Of a stretch of 60,000 nucleotides of DNA, positions 1 through 14,079 are shown piece by piece. The stretch's first letter is position 1. Each line of letters starts with the position of its first letter. The stretch is from Amphiscolops sp. MND2022 (lineage: Eukaryota), in contig OZ076409.1 in assembly GCA_964187785.1 (NCBI GenBank), positions 64,482,001-64,542,000 of the forward strand, given 5' to 3'. The translations under genes and the position numbers were made by a program. The notes below the pieces were generated by a model. The model was not told the DNA's origin and searched no databases. It saw only the letters and a program-made list of their open reading frames with translations.

Positions 1-357
1 ATCTTTCGTAACGTGGGCTGTTGAAAAATTGTTTATAAAAGTATATATTTGACAAAGATCGTCAGCATTCAATAGTTTCAGTGTTAAGAAAGATAAGGAA
101 ACATTGCACGGATACCCACGCATTTAGTAGTAGGTTAGAATTGGCATATCAAAAGTTAGAACATAGCCTTGTATAGCATGTTACATGATTGAGGTATATT
201 TGGAAGAGATCACAAGATCAGTAGCAAAGATAATTAAAAGAACATTCTCTTGTGACTCATCAAACAATTTTAGGTTCAGGACTTTCAAATCAATTTTGCA
301 ACTTTTCATCTGCTATTTTTGATTCAAGTTGATTCCATAACGTTTGCAGAAGAGGTG

Positions 358-855
358 AACAAGACGGGAACGTCTAAAGTCGGCGCTATATCTAAGGCTC
401 AAAAAGCGCAAAAGACTTTTTAAAAAAAACTTGAAATTTTTGATTTTTTTCTTTTAGAAAATAGAAAATGTCGCATAGTGCCGAAAAATGTAAAAGGGGG
501 GACCCTTGGGCTTTTTTAACATATATTCTGTTGCAAAATATCAAAAAACTTGAAAGGGGGACTCTTTTGAGACATTAAAAAATTTTCGAAAAAAGTCGCA
601 CAGTCCCGAAAAAAATTGAAAGGGGACCCTTTAGTCTCTTCTGGTCTTGTAGGTTACGTAAAAAAGGTTAAAAATGAAAGGGGGGACCCTTTGCACTAAG
701 TTTGCATTGGCCGGACTTGGCCTGAGTAGTTTTATCAGTTTCTGTAAAAAGTGGTACATACGCGATGAGGTCTGTGGTCTGACGAAAAAAAGAAATAAAA
801 AAACTAGCCACTGTAAGAGTCGGGCACTTTTCACTAGAAAAGCGCCGACTAAAAA
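358..855 (-). mobile_element. Helentron-type non-autonomous element (HINE/DINE-1-like), family 1
   Basis: subTIRs AGTCGGCGC/GCGCCGACT, long hairpin at one end, short hairpin plus TTGTT at the other, no TSD. Confidence 0.8.
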
Positions 856-2380
856 TACGTGTAGATAATCCAAATAGCAAGATGATGTTTTGCGGGTTGA
901 ACTCTTCGTTACCAGGCCGAATCTTTCATTTTCAATCAGTACTTCTGTGTCGTTGAATCCAGCCAGCATTTACACGACTTTAAGTTTTTCACGACTCATT
1001 TCCTCGAGTGCTGTCCTGGGATAATAAACGGATGAAGCACCATTCCCGTTTTCACTGGGTGCGATGATGAAATGAACCCAAACAATGTACCCAAACAAGA
1101 TTTGATTAGTTTTTGGAATGATCTTTCATAGGAAACTCCATCGAGGAATTGCGAAGTTCAGATGATTTGGAGTTGCGCTGTTAACAGGTACTAGACATTT
1201 TACGTCTAGATTACTTCAACGTTACGTGACTTGAAATCTACCACACTTCCCAGTTTGAAAGTTTGAAACACATTCAACAAATTGGGACATAAAAACACAC
1301 TCGGTTGATTATTAATATTCAACTAACACTGTATATATAATAAAACTCGTGCAAATAAAATAACTCAAAACAAATCTTGATGATAAAAGTTGTTTTACGT
1401 GTTTCTTTACTTTCAGTTTCACTACTTTTTCTCTTCCATAGTCTGTTCTGTCGACGGTAGTCACCATTATGTTGTTACCCAACCAGTTGGGTTTGCCAGT
1501 TTTCGTTCCAAATCGCGTCTTTCATTTCCCCACCCTTCATCGCTTGTTGTTTTTTAACTCTTCCGCTAATACCATTTTCATGTTCTTGTCTTTTTTCTTC
1601 TTCTTCCAACTTTTCTTCGTCTCTAGTTTCTTCCACGGTTGGCTTCGATGGTTCTGATGTTTTTGGCTCGATTTCAGCTTCTACTTCTTAGTACGACTCC
1701 TCGATCGGCTCTTCGCTGTCATCACTTTCATTAAAATTGACATTTCTCAATACTTTTCCATTTTCATCGGATGTGCTTTCTTCTCTTGTTTGGCGCTTTT
1801 GCATTGCTTGTAGCTTCTTTATGTTTTCATTTCCTTCTCTTTTTTTGACTTTTTGTGTCCTCGTTCTTTTTAATGACCATATTTCTTTCTAACACAACGA
1901 CGATTCTCCCTTGATGATCAATGCAACTGGCATCAAAGCGAGATAATCGATGCAATGAAAGTCACTACTGAATGTGAAACGTCCAATTGAATCGATGCTA
2001 CATCGCCCTTCAGTGCAATAATCAGGATATAACCATAGAATAAATCAGGGATGATGACAGAAATTCACGGTGATTTTTAGCCAGGTGGTTGCTCATTTCA
2101 CGGTGGAAATGTCAGATTCCGCGCTGGAACTTTCAAAAACAACGGCTTTTGTCGAAAAAAGCCATTTTTCCCTACAATAATCTCAAGTAACGTTACTTGC
2201 TGTATAGCAATTTTCACGACAGTTTCTTTCTATATCACATTTTTCACTAAACAATTTGCAGAGAGCTCATTTATTTCACAGAAGTATTAAAAATTGGCAC
2301 GAATAAAGTTATCATTGAGTGAAATTTTTCGGAAAAATTAAGAAAATGCCCTTTGAATTAATTTTGATTTTCGATTACAG

Positions 2381-2456
2381 AAATGTAACGGCTCATCCAG
2401 TTTTGCATGGAAATTTGCTGATTTTACACGCCGTGAATTTCTGCCAAGCCAGGAGA
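2381..2456 (+). CDS. Possible upstream exon of unknown plus-strand gene
   Basis: ttacag acceptor, AGA|gtatct phase-0 donor compatible with exon 2621. Confidence 0.4.
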
Positions 2457-2620
2457 GTATCTAATTGGACTCGGCAACGCGATGCACTTTTACATAGATT
2501 AAACTCTTTTACATAGTATATAGTTCTTGGAATGAAAATTTTCTGCAATAAGATTCATGACCTTCCAGGGTAGTTGCTGTTTCGCGTGAACTCTAAATCT
2601 CAAAAGATTTGTGTCTTTAG

Positions 2621-2925
2621 GTCATTCAGCAAAGTTTGGCTCACATCCGGTCTTTAAAATATCTGGGCAGAATGGAATCAATTCGCAACTATAACAGAAT
2701 CATTGAACAATCAGGTCTGCTGGACAATATGTATGAATATGAACCTGCTGAAGCTTCGCCTTCTCACTTTGTCGAACCCAACATCAGAAGCACTGAGCCA
2801 ATGACGTCATCATATGACTCACAAAATTTTGGTCAAAATTGGGTGCACGATGAGTTTGCTGCAGAACCAGAAGACTTACCTATGTACCAACCCCAATTTT
2901 ATGGAGATGACGTTTCTCCGTCTAG
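2621..2925 (+). CDS. Unknown plus-strand gene, internal exon (VIQQSLAHIRS...DVSPS)
   Basis: ctttag acceptor, AG|gtatta phase-2 donor, 305 bp open. Confidence 0.75.
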
Positions 2926-3546
2926 GTATTAATTTGCAATTACCAACAATTTTTCAATCAATTCGAGCATCGACTTAAATTCGGCATTTTGACGTCATTT
3001 GAAGAAAAAACGGGAACGTCGGTGCCCTGTTTAAGACTCAAAAAGCGCAAAGTTTATAAAATATGCTAAGGGCGTTTTTGAATAAAATCTCTCAAAAAAA
3101 TACCGAAAGGGAGCCTTCCGTGCTCGGAAAACTTTTCTCAGATTGAAAACATCAAAAAATCAAAATTAGCAAAAAAAACTTGACTAAAAAAATCAAGCGC
3201 GACTCTCTTGAACAATGAAAAATAGGATTAAAAATCACACAGCACCGTACATATGTTTATGATTCTAGACTCACCATGGTCTGGGACATATAAGAAGTCA
3301 AAAATATATGTTCATTTGGAGCTTTCACAAATCAAATTCGCAAAATCTGTCATTCTTTCCGTGTAGAGATATTTGAGATTTGAAGTTTGCTTGTTGAAAT
3401 TTTGTAGATGGATAGAACTAAACTTACAAACAGCAAAAATTGTGAATACGAGTCTTTTTGCAGTTGTTCAAAAACTGCAAAAGCAAAAGCTCATGAGTTT
3501 ATTGTCATTAAAATGACCGCGAACTAATGTGATTTCCGAATTGCAG

Positions 3547-3823
3547 TCGAAATATGTTCACTGAGAATGGACTCGATGGACTTGAAGTTCTATACGATCA
3601 TTCAGTCAACCACAACTCAAGTGAGGGGCTTCAATCGGTATCCGTCCATCCCGATCATTCAAAGCCCTATTCATACTCCAACCCAGAACTAGACAATTAT
3701 CCGGCACACTACAGATCCAACAATCATCGCACATCCAGACAATCTAATGCGGGTCAGAGGCGATCCAGACAATCTTCGGGCAAATACAAATCCAAGAGAT
3801 CGAGTTCCTCAAAATACAGATAA
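3547..3823 (+). CDS. Unknown plus-strand gene, terminal exon, Ser/Arg-rich C-terminus
   Basis: ttgcag acceptor phase 2 continues the frame to TAA at 3823. Confidence 0.75.
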
Positions 3824-4928
3824 ATTCCTAAAAGTTTTGGAGATCATACTGTAGCTTGATAGCTGGTTTAAAGTTTTTGCTTTCCTTTGTAATTTAAAAT
3901 CTCAACTCAGCCAAATTCTACTGATGTGTTTATTGTCCTACTTTTTTTACTCAATTTACGTTTTCTGTTTGCTCTATACAACAAAAAAGTTTATTTCATT
4001 GACTTGCGGCTGATGAGTTGCTTCAGAAAAACTTATGAAAATATAAAATTCGTCTTATAAATTCCAAAAACAAACTGTGGACATCCACCAATTGATTACT
4101 TTCTAAAAACAAGCCAGAAACGGCCCAAGTCGGCGCCTAAAGTGCGAGACTCGAACCCACTTTCTCCTGCTTCTCGGACCCCCCAGCCTGACTTGAACTT
4201 CTGCGTTAACTCCTAATCTGAGGATTAGGAATTTTAAGCTAATTATCCAAAAGGAGCCGATTTCAAGAGAAACAGGTTTTGTAAATTTGTGACCATTATC
4301 GGAATTCTGTTACTCTAATATGACAATTTTTCAGACTCCCTTGTTCAAATTGCTCGAATTTTTCGCTTGTTTTCGAAACCTGTCAAATTTTTTTGATGCT
4401 TTTCTCAATTTCGTGCAAAAATATTTGTTGTATTCGACTTTTATCAAGCTGGTCAAACAAACATGTGAGATTAAATACAGGTCCACAATTTTTGTTCATC
4501 CGCTAATGAGTGTTACGCGATACAGTTTATCTTCGATTATTTAAATCATTTATCATTTTTCTGGATGTTTCTAGGAAAAATTTCAAAGTCTGTAAAAAAT
4601 CCTAGGGTTTGTTTCTTCTAATTTAGTGAAAAACGTTCATTCAACAGATATTCCGCGTGTAGTTTGATTTCAGACGCCATATTCATTAAATTGTGGAAAA
4701 TTTCATCAAACTGGATTATCATTTTGTTTTCTCAAGATTCAGTACGGATAATTTTTTCTACCACTCTCTGTTAATAACTACCGGACGCTCGTGAAACCTG
4801 GAAAACCTATCTTTTGGGATAGAGGTTAACCTGGTTTTCACTGCTTGATGACGGCCAGGGAAAAGGGGTACGTGCAGTCTAGTCCCGCGCTGCGCCAAAA
4901 ATCTTTTATAATTGCAAAGGGGAATACC

Positions 4929-5103
4929 CATAGTTGGAATCGGGCCTAAATATCCTGGCCCGGGACGGTCACGTTCAGGTCCGGCCCGCCCAAGACTGGT
5001 CAATGCTTTTGAAACTCCTACTAATAGACAGAAAATTAATTTAATTCGGACCTTTTTTCTTCTACAACTATCGAAACACAGGCCCGACCCGGTTCCAACT
5101 CTG
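4929..5103. mobile_element. hAT-type MITE
   Basis: TIR CATAGTTGGAATCGGG / CCCGGTTCCAACTCTG, 8-bp TSD GGAATACC. Confidence 0.8.
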
Positions 5104-7093
5104 GGAATACCTGCAGAGGAATAGGAAGATGTAAGCCCTCCTTAATGTTTTTTGCTGTGACTTTATTGTTGAGATGGGCTAAACGTCTTGCAAGCGGTAG
5201 AGGTCCTCTTGAGGTATTAAGGCACTGTGCGATTTTTTGAATCTTTCCTAAAAGTTATCCCGAAAGCTTTTCTCTCGAAAATTTTGGTTTTTAAGGGGAA
5301 GGTGATTAATTTTTGGGGATTGTGAAATAAATGAGAATATTCTCAATGTTTGTTCTCGACTTCCAGAATTTTCTTTTCACTGGAGGTTTTGTTTTTTGAA
5401 CGTCTCAGTTGGGAAATCACCTTTTCGAGCCCAAAGGGTTCCACTATGGGGTAATTTTGGCACTGTACAACTGTGATTTTTTACATAGACGTCATATTAA
5501 TTGGATACAATGATTGCTATGAAAACGGTTTTTACGTTATATACGTCATGTTTCAAATGTTATTGCTATAGTCCTATTTTGGTTCTGAATGAGATTCATC
5601 TCACGTACTCCTGCTACACTTTCGATCCACTAGGCCCAGTGGCGAAACTTGGCAGTAGCAGTAGTTTACTATTGTACGCAGTAGTTCAGCAGTTCAGTAG
5701 CTTCTGGCAGAAATTGAAAAACTGCTTATTTTATTTTCATTTCTTGTCACTCGGAGAAACAGCTGCCACATGATTTTGAGCATTCACTACAATGCATGAG
5801 CAGAAAGTTCTTGGCAGAGTTCACAGCAAACCATCTAATTTTTCATAACCACCGATTAAATCTTTTGTCGGCGCTTTTGTTAGGAAACGCAGACTAAAGT
5901 AGTGGCTTTAAAGACGAGTGAATTGACTGACTTCTATAAGTTTCGATAATTCGCTCCAGTGACATAGTGGATTAGTGAGTAGCCGCAAAAGCAAGGGTGC
6001 GTGTGGGTGGGTTCGAGTCTCAGGATGAACAATTTTCATCTGATCTTGGCAAAAGTAGTCGAGACTAAAGAGACCAAGACTTTTTGAAGTCTTTGGGCTT
6101 TTTCGGCGACTTTTCGAACAATTTTTAATTTCATAAAATGATATCTACCTTCAGTATTTATGAAGTTTTACTCTTTTGGAGTAGTCAGAAAATTCTCTTT
6201 GGAAACGTTCGCCAGTTAGAACAACACTGTAGCATGTCAAAAATATCAGGGGTGTTCGCTTTTCACATTCGAGTTATTTTGGAAGAATTCAAAAACGTTT
6301 CGAAGGAGCATCACTTCAAGTTACATTAGTTCTCATTTAGTACGCTCTTGTTTCAGCATATTTCAAAATGAGAACATATATAAACTACTAAAACTGTTCA
6401 ACTTCAGACGTTTTGATCAAATAAATTATCATTACAAAAATATTTGAAATCAGCTACCAATACTGAGTTTTTCAAAGTCCAAAAATAACTTAAAGAATTC
6501 AAGTAGCATCATGAGGCTTCATTCAAACATACAATTAAACATCAAAATAGGAAAAATTGAGTTTTGCATTAGACAACTTGCAGAATTCGGCATGTTGATT
6601 TGGCAAAACATCTGTTTAAACTACTCCGAAAGCACCGTCAGACTCTGCTTTTCTACATTGACATAATTCGGTTGAATCTAATTCTCTCTCTCTTTCACAG
6701 CAAACTTCCGTTGCAGCCGAAAATTGAAAATAAAGGACAATACGTGACGACCCAGCGCTGTTTTCAAGACCTTCACTGAGATTGCAAAACAATTAGCTGG
6801 GAATTAGTAGACACGTGAATGAAACTGTTTTGGATTTTTCTTTTCCCATTGCATCAGAAAGTGGAACAAAAATTTTCACCTTGTAGGGGTTTGTTGGAAT
6901 TGTTGGAAGAAAGCACCTTGCTGATTGATGATGAGAAGTAGACAAGAAATTGAGAAAACAGAGATACCAGTCCAGATATGACGTCATTGCCAACGAGCAC
7001 GGGATCAAACACCTTCAGGATATCCTTGTGATGAATTAGGTCAAATGACGTAACGATTGCAATAACGCCATGATTCGTATGACGTCACAATTG

Positions 7094-7130
7094 TTACGAC
7101 GCCACACTACCTGGGTTTGATTCCCCTGAG
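7094..7130 (-). CDS. TMCC/TEX28-like gene, possible terminal exon (SGESNPGSVAS*)
   Basis: tttctcag acceptor, phase 2 compatible, ends in TAA; short and unverified. Confidence 0.4.
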
Positions 7131-7603
7131 CTGAGAAATTTGTTGATTGGCCCAGATCAGTAACTCTTCACTTGCAATATAAGCCACAACTGCTATCGTA
7201 AAAGTGAACACAAACAAGATCACTCGTTTCCTGAAACAGCGACAAACAATAAGAGACTCCCTGATTGGTAATAACACTAGATTTCTTCATTGTAAAAAAT
7301 ATACATGGAAAAACATGGAAAACTCATTTACTAAATTCTTATTTTCAAGTCACGGAAAAAAGCTAGGACTGACGCTAGCTTGGCTTGTGAGGAATAAATC
7401 ACGTATTTTTGAAGATTCCTTTCCAAGAAGACAGTCAAAACTTAGTTTGTATTTTGTAATGTTACCAAATTGATCCAGCGAGCAGTTCCGGATATAAGAT
7501 TTGATACCTTTTTACAGTGGAGAAAAAACTGAAATCATCCCAAATACTTCTTTTTCGGTCTCAAATAAAAAGCCCGTCAGGGAAATTGTAAAATGGTGCT
7601 AAC

Positions 7604-7744
7604 GGAGTGGATATTGTGTTGGAGAAGACCTTGAGAATGTTCATGAAAACGAAGATGAAGCTGATTAAAGCAACCAGGAGACTTTGGAAGATGCGTTTGG
7701 CGAGGATGACCGTGTCTGCGTCTTGTAGGTCGTCGATGAAATTC
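7604..7744 (-). CDS. TMCC/TEX28-like gene, transmembrane exon (NFIDDLQDAD...LLVALISFIFVFMNIL...)
   Basis: ttacag acceptor phase 2; hydrophobic helix after a coiled coil resembles the TMCC C-terminus. Donor gttagc, or read-through to TGA at 7561. Confidence 0.75.
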
Positions 7745-7977
7745 CTGTAAAATTCACTCAGTAATAACAACACAAATATAAAACGCAAAAGCACATAGGC
7801 GGTGTTCCTTTGTCAGCTTGTTGAATTAGATAATCATAAAAATCATCACTTGCAGAGATCTTACCATGAACTTATCGGTCATAAACTTGCAAGATCGTGG
7901 TATGACAATTATAGTGTTGTGAAAAGGAGTCATAAAAACAGATTGCTTTAAAACATTAAAACAATCAAGAATAGCTG

Positions 7978-8349
7978 TTTTTTAGTCGGCGCTTTTCTTA
8001 AGAAAAGAGTCGACTATAGTCATGGCTTTTCGTCAGTGTTTTTTTAAGACCAAAATAGACCTGAACTGACCAAAATAGTTCTACCAAAAGTTCTACAAAA
8101 TTTACAGAAGACGCCAAAATGTACCTGGTGGCCCAAGGAACTGAACCAAAAAGGTTTCCCGCGTAACATACAATACCGGACGAGACCAAAATGTCCTCCC
8201 TTTCAGTTTTTTTTCGGCATTGTGGGACTTTTTTCGAAAATTTTTTTTCGTAAAAGTGTTCCCAATTCACCAATACTTGGAAATTTGAAGTCCTTTTGCT
8301 ATTTTTGAGCCTTGGATATGGCGCCGACTTGGGCAGTTCCCGGCTTGTT
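7978..8349 (+). mobile_element. HINE family 1
   Basis: TTTTAGTCGGCGCTTTTCTTAAGAAAAGAGTCGACT ... GCGCCGACTTGGGCAGTTCCCGGCTTGTT. Confidence 0.8.
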
Positions 8350-10739
8350 GTTTAAACAAACGAGATTAATCTAGTTTTGAAAGAAGTTTCTGTGAGCAAA
8401 AAAGACAAAGAAGAGGAGATTTCAGATCACAACTTTAGGTGTTTTGAATAACTTTGTTGATTTTTTATTTACTTTCAAGATGTCTAGATATCGTTCGTTT
8501 GCTCTGTAAAAGTTTCAGCTTTGTAATTTTACCAGTGAACATTTACTTTTTTGGAGAATCGGTCCTTTGTGTATGTATTAGGATTAAAATAAAAGTCATT
8601 CTCGGAGATTGTAGACTTTCTTCTGAAAATTTTTGAGGGTTATCAGTGGATATATTACAAGACGCCCGCTGAGCAGCGAGATATTTCCCGCCCCGAACTG
8701 TTCTACAACTACATAAATTTGAGGCGCAAGAATAGCCAATGCACTATAAAAACCCTAAGTAGTTAGAAGAAAAGAAAGCTTCGATTCATCTTTGCCCATT
8801 TTTAAAGGAAACACCTATTTATTATCTCTGCGATAGCTGGCCAGTTTTCGTTTTTTTCGGCACTGTGCGACTTACCGAGTGAAAGAAACTTTCATTTTTC
8901 GAAAACGAATATTTCTTGCAAATTTTAGTTTTTGAGGTTTTCTGTGAAGGAAATAAGTTTCCCGAGTCTTGAGGGTAACCTCTTTGTTACTTTTAATCAT
9001 GTGGAACTGATGAGGTTTCTTATTGGTTGTTGAAAATAACTCATTTCAGTTTTTTCTCGGCTCTGTGCGTCTTCCCGAAACTTTCATTTGGTCGAAAGGT
9101 ACCCCCTTGTTTTCAGAGCTGATTTCGGCTTGAGAAAGGTAGTTTCTGAAACTTGCTTCTCCATCATATGAATTTACCGAAAAAAATGAAAAATGGATTT
9201 TTGTTATTCCTGTTGGGAAAAAGAGGTTTTCGAGTCTCAGGAGTATTTATTGGGGTAATTATTGGCACTGAGAAAATGGTATAAACTTGAACCTACGTCA
9301 GTTGCAAGTTTAGGAAACCTGAGCGGTCCCAGGTTGGTATATCATTGCACATAGTTCCACCAAAAGTGTCAAAAACTGGAAATAATTTCGACAACTTTGG
9401 GATCAATTTGAGGAACTTTCTAACATGAATCTACAGATGTCTCTTCACAAATAAGCCCACTGGACACCGAGTATACTTGTTGTTTAATGCTTACACCATT
9501 CTAACCCACGAAACAGCTTGAAACGTTTTCCTTTGGAGGGTGTTCTTCATATCTAGTACTTTTTGCTTGGAGCTTATTGAAAATTGAATACTTGACAAAT
9601 GAGGTCGATGTGTACAATTTCACGTAATGTTTTTATAAGTTGTGCGGATAAGCTTGTCTGATATCTTTTCGAAACACTACCGGTACCTAAATATTTCAAT
9701 CCTGAGCACATGGGTTTTCTGATTGAAGTATAATTTCGGAAAGGGTCCAAAATTGGGACTATGTTGTCGAAAAGTGAGTAAAATCGGAACGTTTGACACC
9801 TTTGTTGTAAACTCGATGAACTTCTGCCTACTTTTTCCCCCAAATTGCGTTTTGAATTTCCCTTTGTTCCCACGCTCGGGTCAATGGAAGTTCTATTCTA
9901 CAGAAATTTTCGTGGTTTGAACAAAAATTGAAAATAATTTGTCAAAAAACGTGCCTTTTTGTTGTTTAATGGATTTTGGGGTGCTTTGAGACCAATTCCA
10001 ACAAAAAAATGCAATTATATTTTCCAAATAGCCTACTGGATACCAGGATTAGCCATTGTTGAGTTCTTAAAACCTTTTTATGCAGCTCAAAAATTGTATA
10101 AAAATTGCCTAAAAATGTAAACACCTTGAAAACTCTCAGTTTTTGCATTATTTGGGTCTTTCTGAGGAAACTCTGTTGCACAAAAGATGAAAATTTCTCT
10201 TCAAAAACGTGCTGTGGATCTAGTTTTATCATATCGAGCTATTCGAAGCTTTTATCTTACCCAAATTTTTCAATCTCAACAAAATTCACTGGCAATGTCA
10301 GAATTCAGCAAAATTCTGACATTTTCGACTTTTTGCGGTCAGTTTTGAGCCATTTTCCAACCGAAGTCTGCAAACATGTCTTTAAGGGACGACTGAATTA
10401 TGCGTTCAATCTTTGTTGAACGCTTGCCATCGTTCTGAATCCAAAACGATTTAAAAAGTAGACATAGGTTGCCTAAAAACGTTGATGTTGAAAGCAAAAA
10501 AATGTTGGTGTTTTTGAAGCAAAATGCTGCAACATTCTCTTCAAAAAAGTAATGCATAGCTCGTTCTTCCGTTGTTGAGTGTTAGGGAACTGATAACGAA
10601 GACTCTCGGAAATCGTACAGAAATTGCATCAAAAACGACAAAAACTTCGAATTTTTCGACAATTTCCAGGTCAACTTTAAGTATTTTTCTTTTAGAAATT
10701 GAACTTATCTGTTGACGAAAACTCACAGGAACAACAACT

Positions 10740-11540
10740 TTGCCATTGTTTAGGGGTTTAACACTCTAGTCCACAAAGTCTATCGATAGTTTGACAAAAA
10801 TTAAACAAAAATAATGAAAATAGAAAATTTTTCTCCTTTTTCGATGTCAATTCCAGACATTTTTCATTTAAAAAACTAAGCATACTGGACAACACATTCT
10901 TTCCTCGTTGACCCTTTGCAACATTCCAATCTCCGGGGTTTGTTGAAAAGTTCGAAAAAAAACTGCATAAAACTTTGAAAATTGAAAAAGTTTGGGATTT
11001 TTGTCAATTTCGGTGCCAATTTGAGACTTTTTTCATTCAAAAAACTGAAACTATCTCATCCTTAAAGACTAACGGACAACGATTTGCTACCTTGGTGAAC
11101 GTATTCAACATTCCAATCCACAGAGTCTGTCGAAATTGTGACAGAAATTGATCATTGAAAAACAAAAACAGCATAAAATTATTGAAAATCGGAAAATTTT
11201 GGGTTTTTTGTCAATTTTGGTGCCAATTTGAGATTTTTCATTTAGAAAACTGCATTAAATTCTTCAGAAAAGCCTACTGGACTAATACCTTTTCCTTGCT
11301 TACGCTTCTCAACATTCTAATCCACGAAGTCTGTCGAAAATTAGACAAAAATTGCATAAAAATTTTGAAAAATGAGAAGTTGTGGTTTTTTGTCATTTTC
11401 GGTGTCAATTTGAGACCTTTTTCATTTAAAAAATAGCAATTATCTTTTCGGAAAAGCCTACTGGACAGCAAATGCGTGCCATGTTGAGCGTTTGCAACGT
11501 TCTAATTAACGAAGACTATCGAAAACTGTAACCGAAATCT
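10740..11540. repeat. Degenerate tandem repeat, ~185-205-bp unit, about 4 copies
   Basis: ACTGGAC-type marker at 10884, 11071, 11276, 11460 with shared TGTCAATTT..GTGCCAATTTGAGA blocks. Confidence 0.75.
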
Positions 11541-11896
11541 ACATAAGCTTTAGTTGCTAGCACTACATCTTGGCTTTAACCCTGAGTGAACGACTGCCAT
11601 TAATTTTCAAAATGAAAGTAGTAGTAAAGACTAAAACTGTTTAACAAACGAATTTTTCATTTCCCTCAATATGTGTCAAATTTTGCGCAAAAATAGATAA
11701 ATTAGTGTCTGATTGTCGAGCTTTGGTCTGACGTCATCAAAATAATTGCTTTAGAAAAGCTTTGAAAAAATCCATTCTGGTAAATTTTGCTTTTGCAACG
11801 TGTGGAGAGGAGGGAAAGGAGCCGCAATAACAAAGTCCAGGTAATGTGAATTCACACATCCTGTCATTTGGAGTCTTAGCTGCTGTGTTCGAGTAC

Positions 11897-12093
11897 CTGT
11901 GAGGCTGTCTGTAAGGTGAGTTCTCTATCTCAGCCAGTCTGGCTTCTAGGGACCCTAAACGGTCATTGATGGTGGTCTCTATGTCCGTGGTCCTGTGGGC
12001 CGTTCTCTGGTCTATTGTGCGAACATCTTCTGAAAGAGCGCCAATCTGCTGCTCCACCATTTCGTTGCGTTCTCTGAGCTCGTAGTCTAGTTC
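11897..12093 (-). CDS. TMCC/TEX28-like gene, exon (ELDYELRERN...RQPHR), coiled coil
   Basis: tttag acceptor; phase-2 donor AG|gtactc (an alternative phase-2 donor would end the exon at 11858). Confidence 0.75.
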
Positions 12094-13063
12094 CTAAACA
12101 TAATCAATCAACTAAGACAAAGAATGTTTGGATGGTTTCTTCATTTCCGAAGCTTTGACATTAATGAATACTCATCTCTTACATTTTTTTATTTCATTAA
12201 TGGAATTCTCAAATGCTGTTCGACCATTTTTAAAAAAAACTAAGCAGTTTCAAATGGAAAGTGTATGTAGAGGCTATTTTCAGCAAAGAGTCCGAAAATT
12301 ATCGTCATATCAGCCTGTTGACTTCAATCACCGCAATTTTTTTTAGCGAAATGCTTCTAGAATGAGCAAAACTGATACAAAACTTCCGAACCTTGAGGAG
12401 ATTGCTTCCAGAAAAAATTACAGCTTCACTAACGCAATTAGCTATGATACGGAAAACATCAAACAGGAAATTGACAATCAGAATCAAGGTTATGTGGGCC
12501 TTCATCGCTTTGTAGAGCTATTGAAGAATAGATAATCAATCGAAAAAAGGATTCAACGCATTAATGTTCTAGCAGCATTTTTGCAAACTACATTACATGC
12601 AGACTCCCCAGCATTCTCTCTCATCTAGGTCAAATAACTTCCGCCCTCATCGACAACTGCAGTACAACAAGAATCTTTTCACGGTTCACAGAAAATTTCA
12701 ACATAAGTTGATTGAAGGATTTCAAACAATATAGACTTCGTCAACTTCACCTTAGGTAATACTTTTTTTGATGACACAAAGGCATCCAGTATCTATCTGA
12801 ATAAATTGACAGTAAAACCAAAACACAATTGCTTTCGTGTCCACGCAGCGAAGTGTGCCCAAAAAGGAAGCTAAGTTGCTCTCGTAATCAGCAATATATA
12901 AAAGGTGTATGGTTTTCTTTTAATATTGGAGCATTTATCTCTTCATTAGTTCTCCATCGTATCGTGATTCCAATATTGAATTCCCCAGATGCTACGGATG
13001 ATTTCAATTTTCAAATATTGATAAAGCTCCGTGTTCCTCGGGCAGAAAACAAGAAGCACTAAC

Positions 13064-13231
13064 GGTGAACTTGGTTCCGAGTAGAGTCTTGATGTTAGTC
13101 TCGATAGTGTTGCACCTGGTGTTGATGACGTCAGTGAGCTCGTCGCTCTTCTTCTTCCAGTCGGCTCGCAACTGCTGAATGTTGGCATTCAACTCTGCCC
13201 TCAACATATCCGAGGTCTTCTGCACTTCCTC
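13064..13231 (-). CDS. TMCC/TEX28-like gene, exon (EEVQKTSDML...GTKFT), coiled coil
   Basis: ttgtag acceptor, gttagt donor, 168 bp, phase 0-0. Confidence 0.85.
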
Positions 13232-13636
13232 CTACAACAAGGCAACTTAACAAATGTTAAATAGCAATCACAGCCGGTTAAAGCAAGTACTCTAAATACC
13301 ACAAACACTCCCGCGTCTGTGAGACCTAGCACATTAAACCCTGAATTGTCTCGAAAGTTTGGTGAATGTGGATTATGAATGGTCACTGAATTTTTAGAAA
13401 TAATGATACAAATGATAAACATGAGTTACTTAGGTCGAATTGAATTCTTTCATGATTTTTTTTTATCATTTTGAGGAAGTTTTGGCACTAAAAGGAAACT
13501 AAAAGGATTTGCATGAATAAAAATTTGTAAAATTTTCAAGGCACATTCTTTAGACACAGACACTAAAAACTGGAACTACAATAACTGATTGCACTTAATT
13601 GCAAATACAGGAAATAGTAAATGGTCGGAAACTGAC

Positions 13637-13773
13637 CTGTATTTGTCTGATCATAGAGGAGCCACCTCCACCCCCAGTTTCCAAGTCACTCCCATAAGGT
13701 GCGTCTGGAGGGTGCTCCATCTCCTCTCTGCTGGCGTTCATTCCCCCTGAGTGATTGTTGCTCCCAGCTCCAT
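13637..13773 (-). CDS. TMCC/TEX28-like gene, exon (DGAGSNN...IRQIQ)
   Basis: tgaag acceptor, gtcagt donor, 137 bp, phase 1-0. Confidence 0.85.
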
Positions 13774-14079
13774 CTTCAAAATAATGAACAAATCAAACAA
13801 TCAATCAAACAAACCTTGCAACTCGAGCAAACTTCAGATGAATTTTAGACAAACGTTGACCATGATTTTGTTGACGGAAATGTGAACGAAAAGAATGACG
13901 GTGTTTATTTGCACGGACAAACTTGGCGACGAAGGATCAGAAAGAATGTATACAATTTCTCGAATTAGCGAGTTCATGTTAAGGAAGATCGAACATTGCA
14001 ATTACGAGATAATAATTTCTAGTATTATCATTAGGGGGTCCCTAAAGATCACATTTATATCAGTTTTTTCTGCCCTGAT

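Noticed and set aside
860..1900. Possible decayed LINE ORF1/endonuclease on the minus strand
   Set aside because: Only low-complexity lysine-rich stretches and vague motifs.
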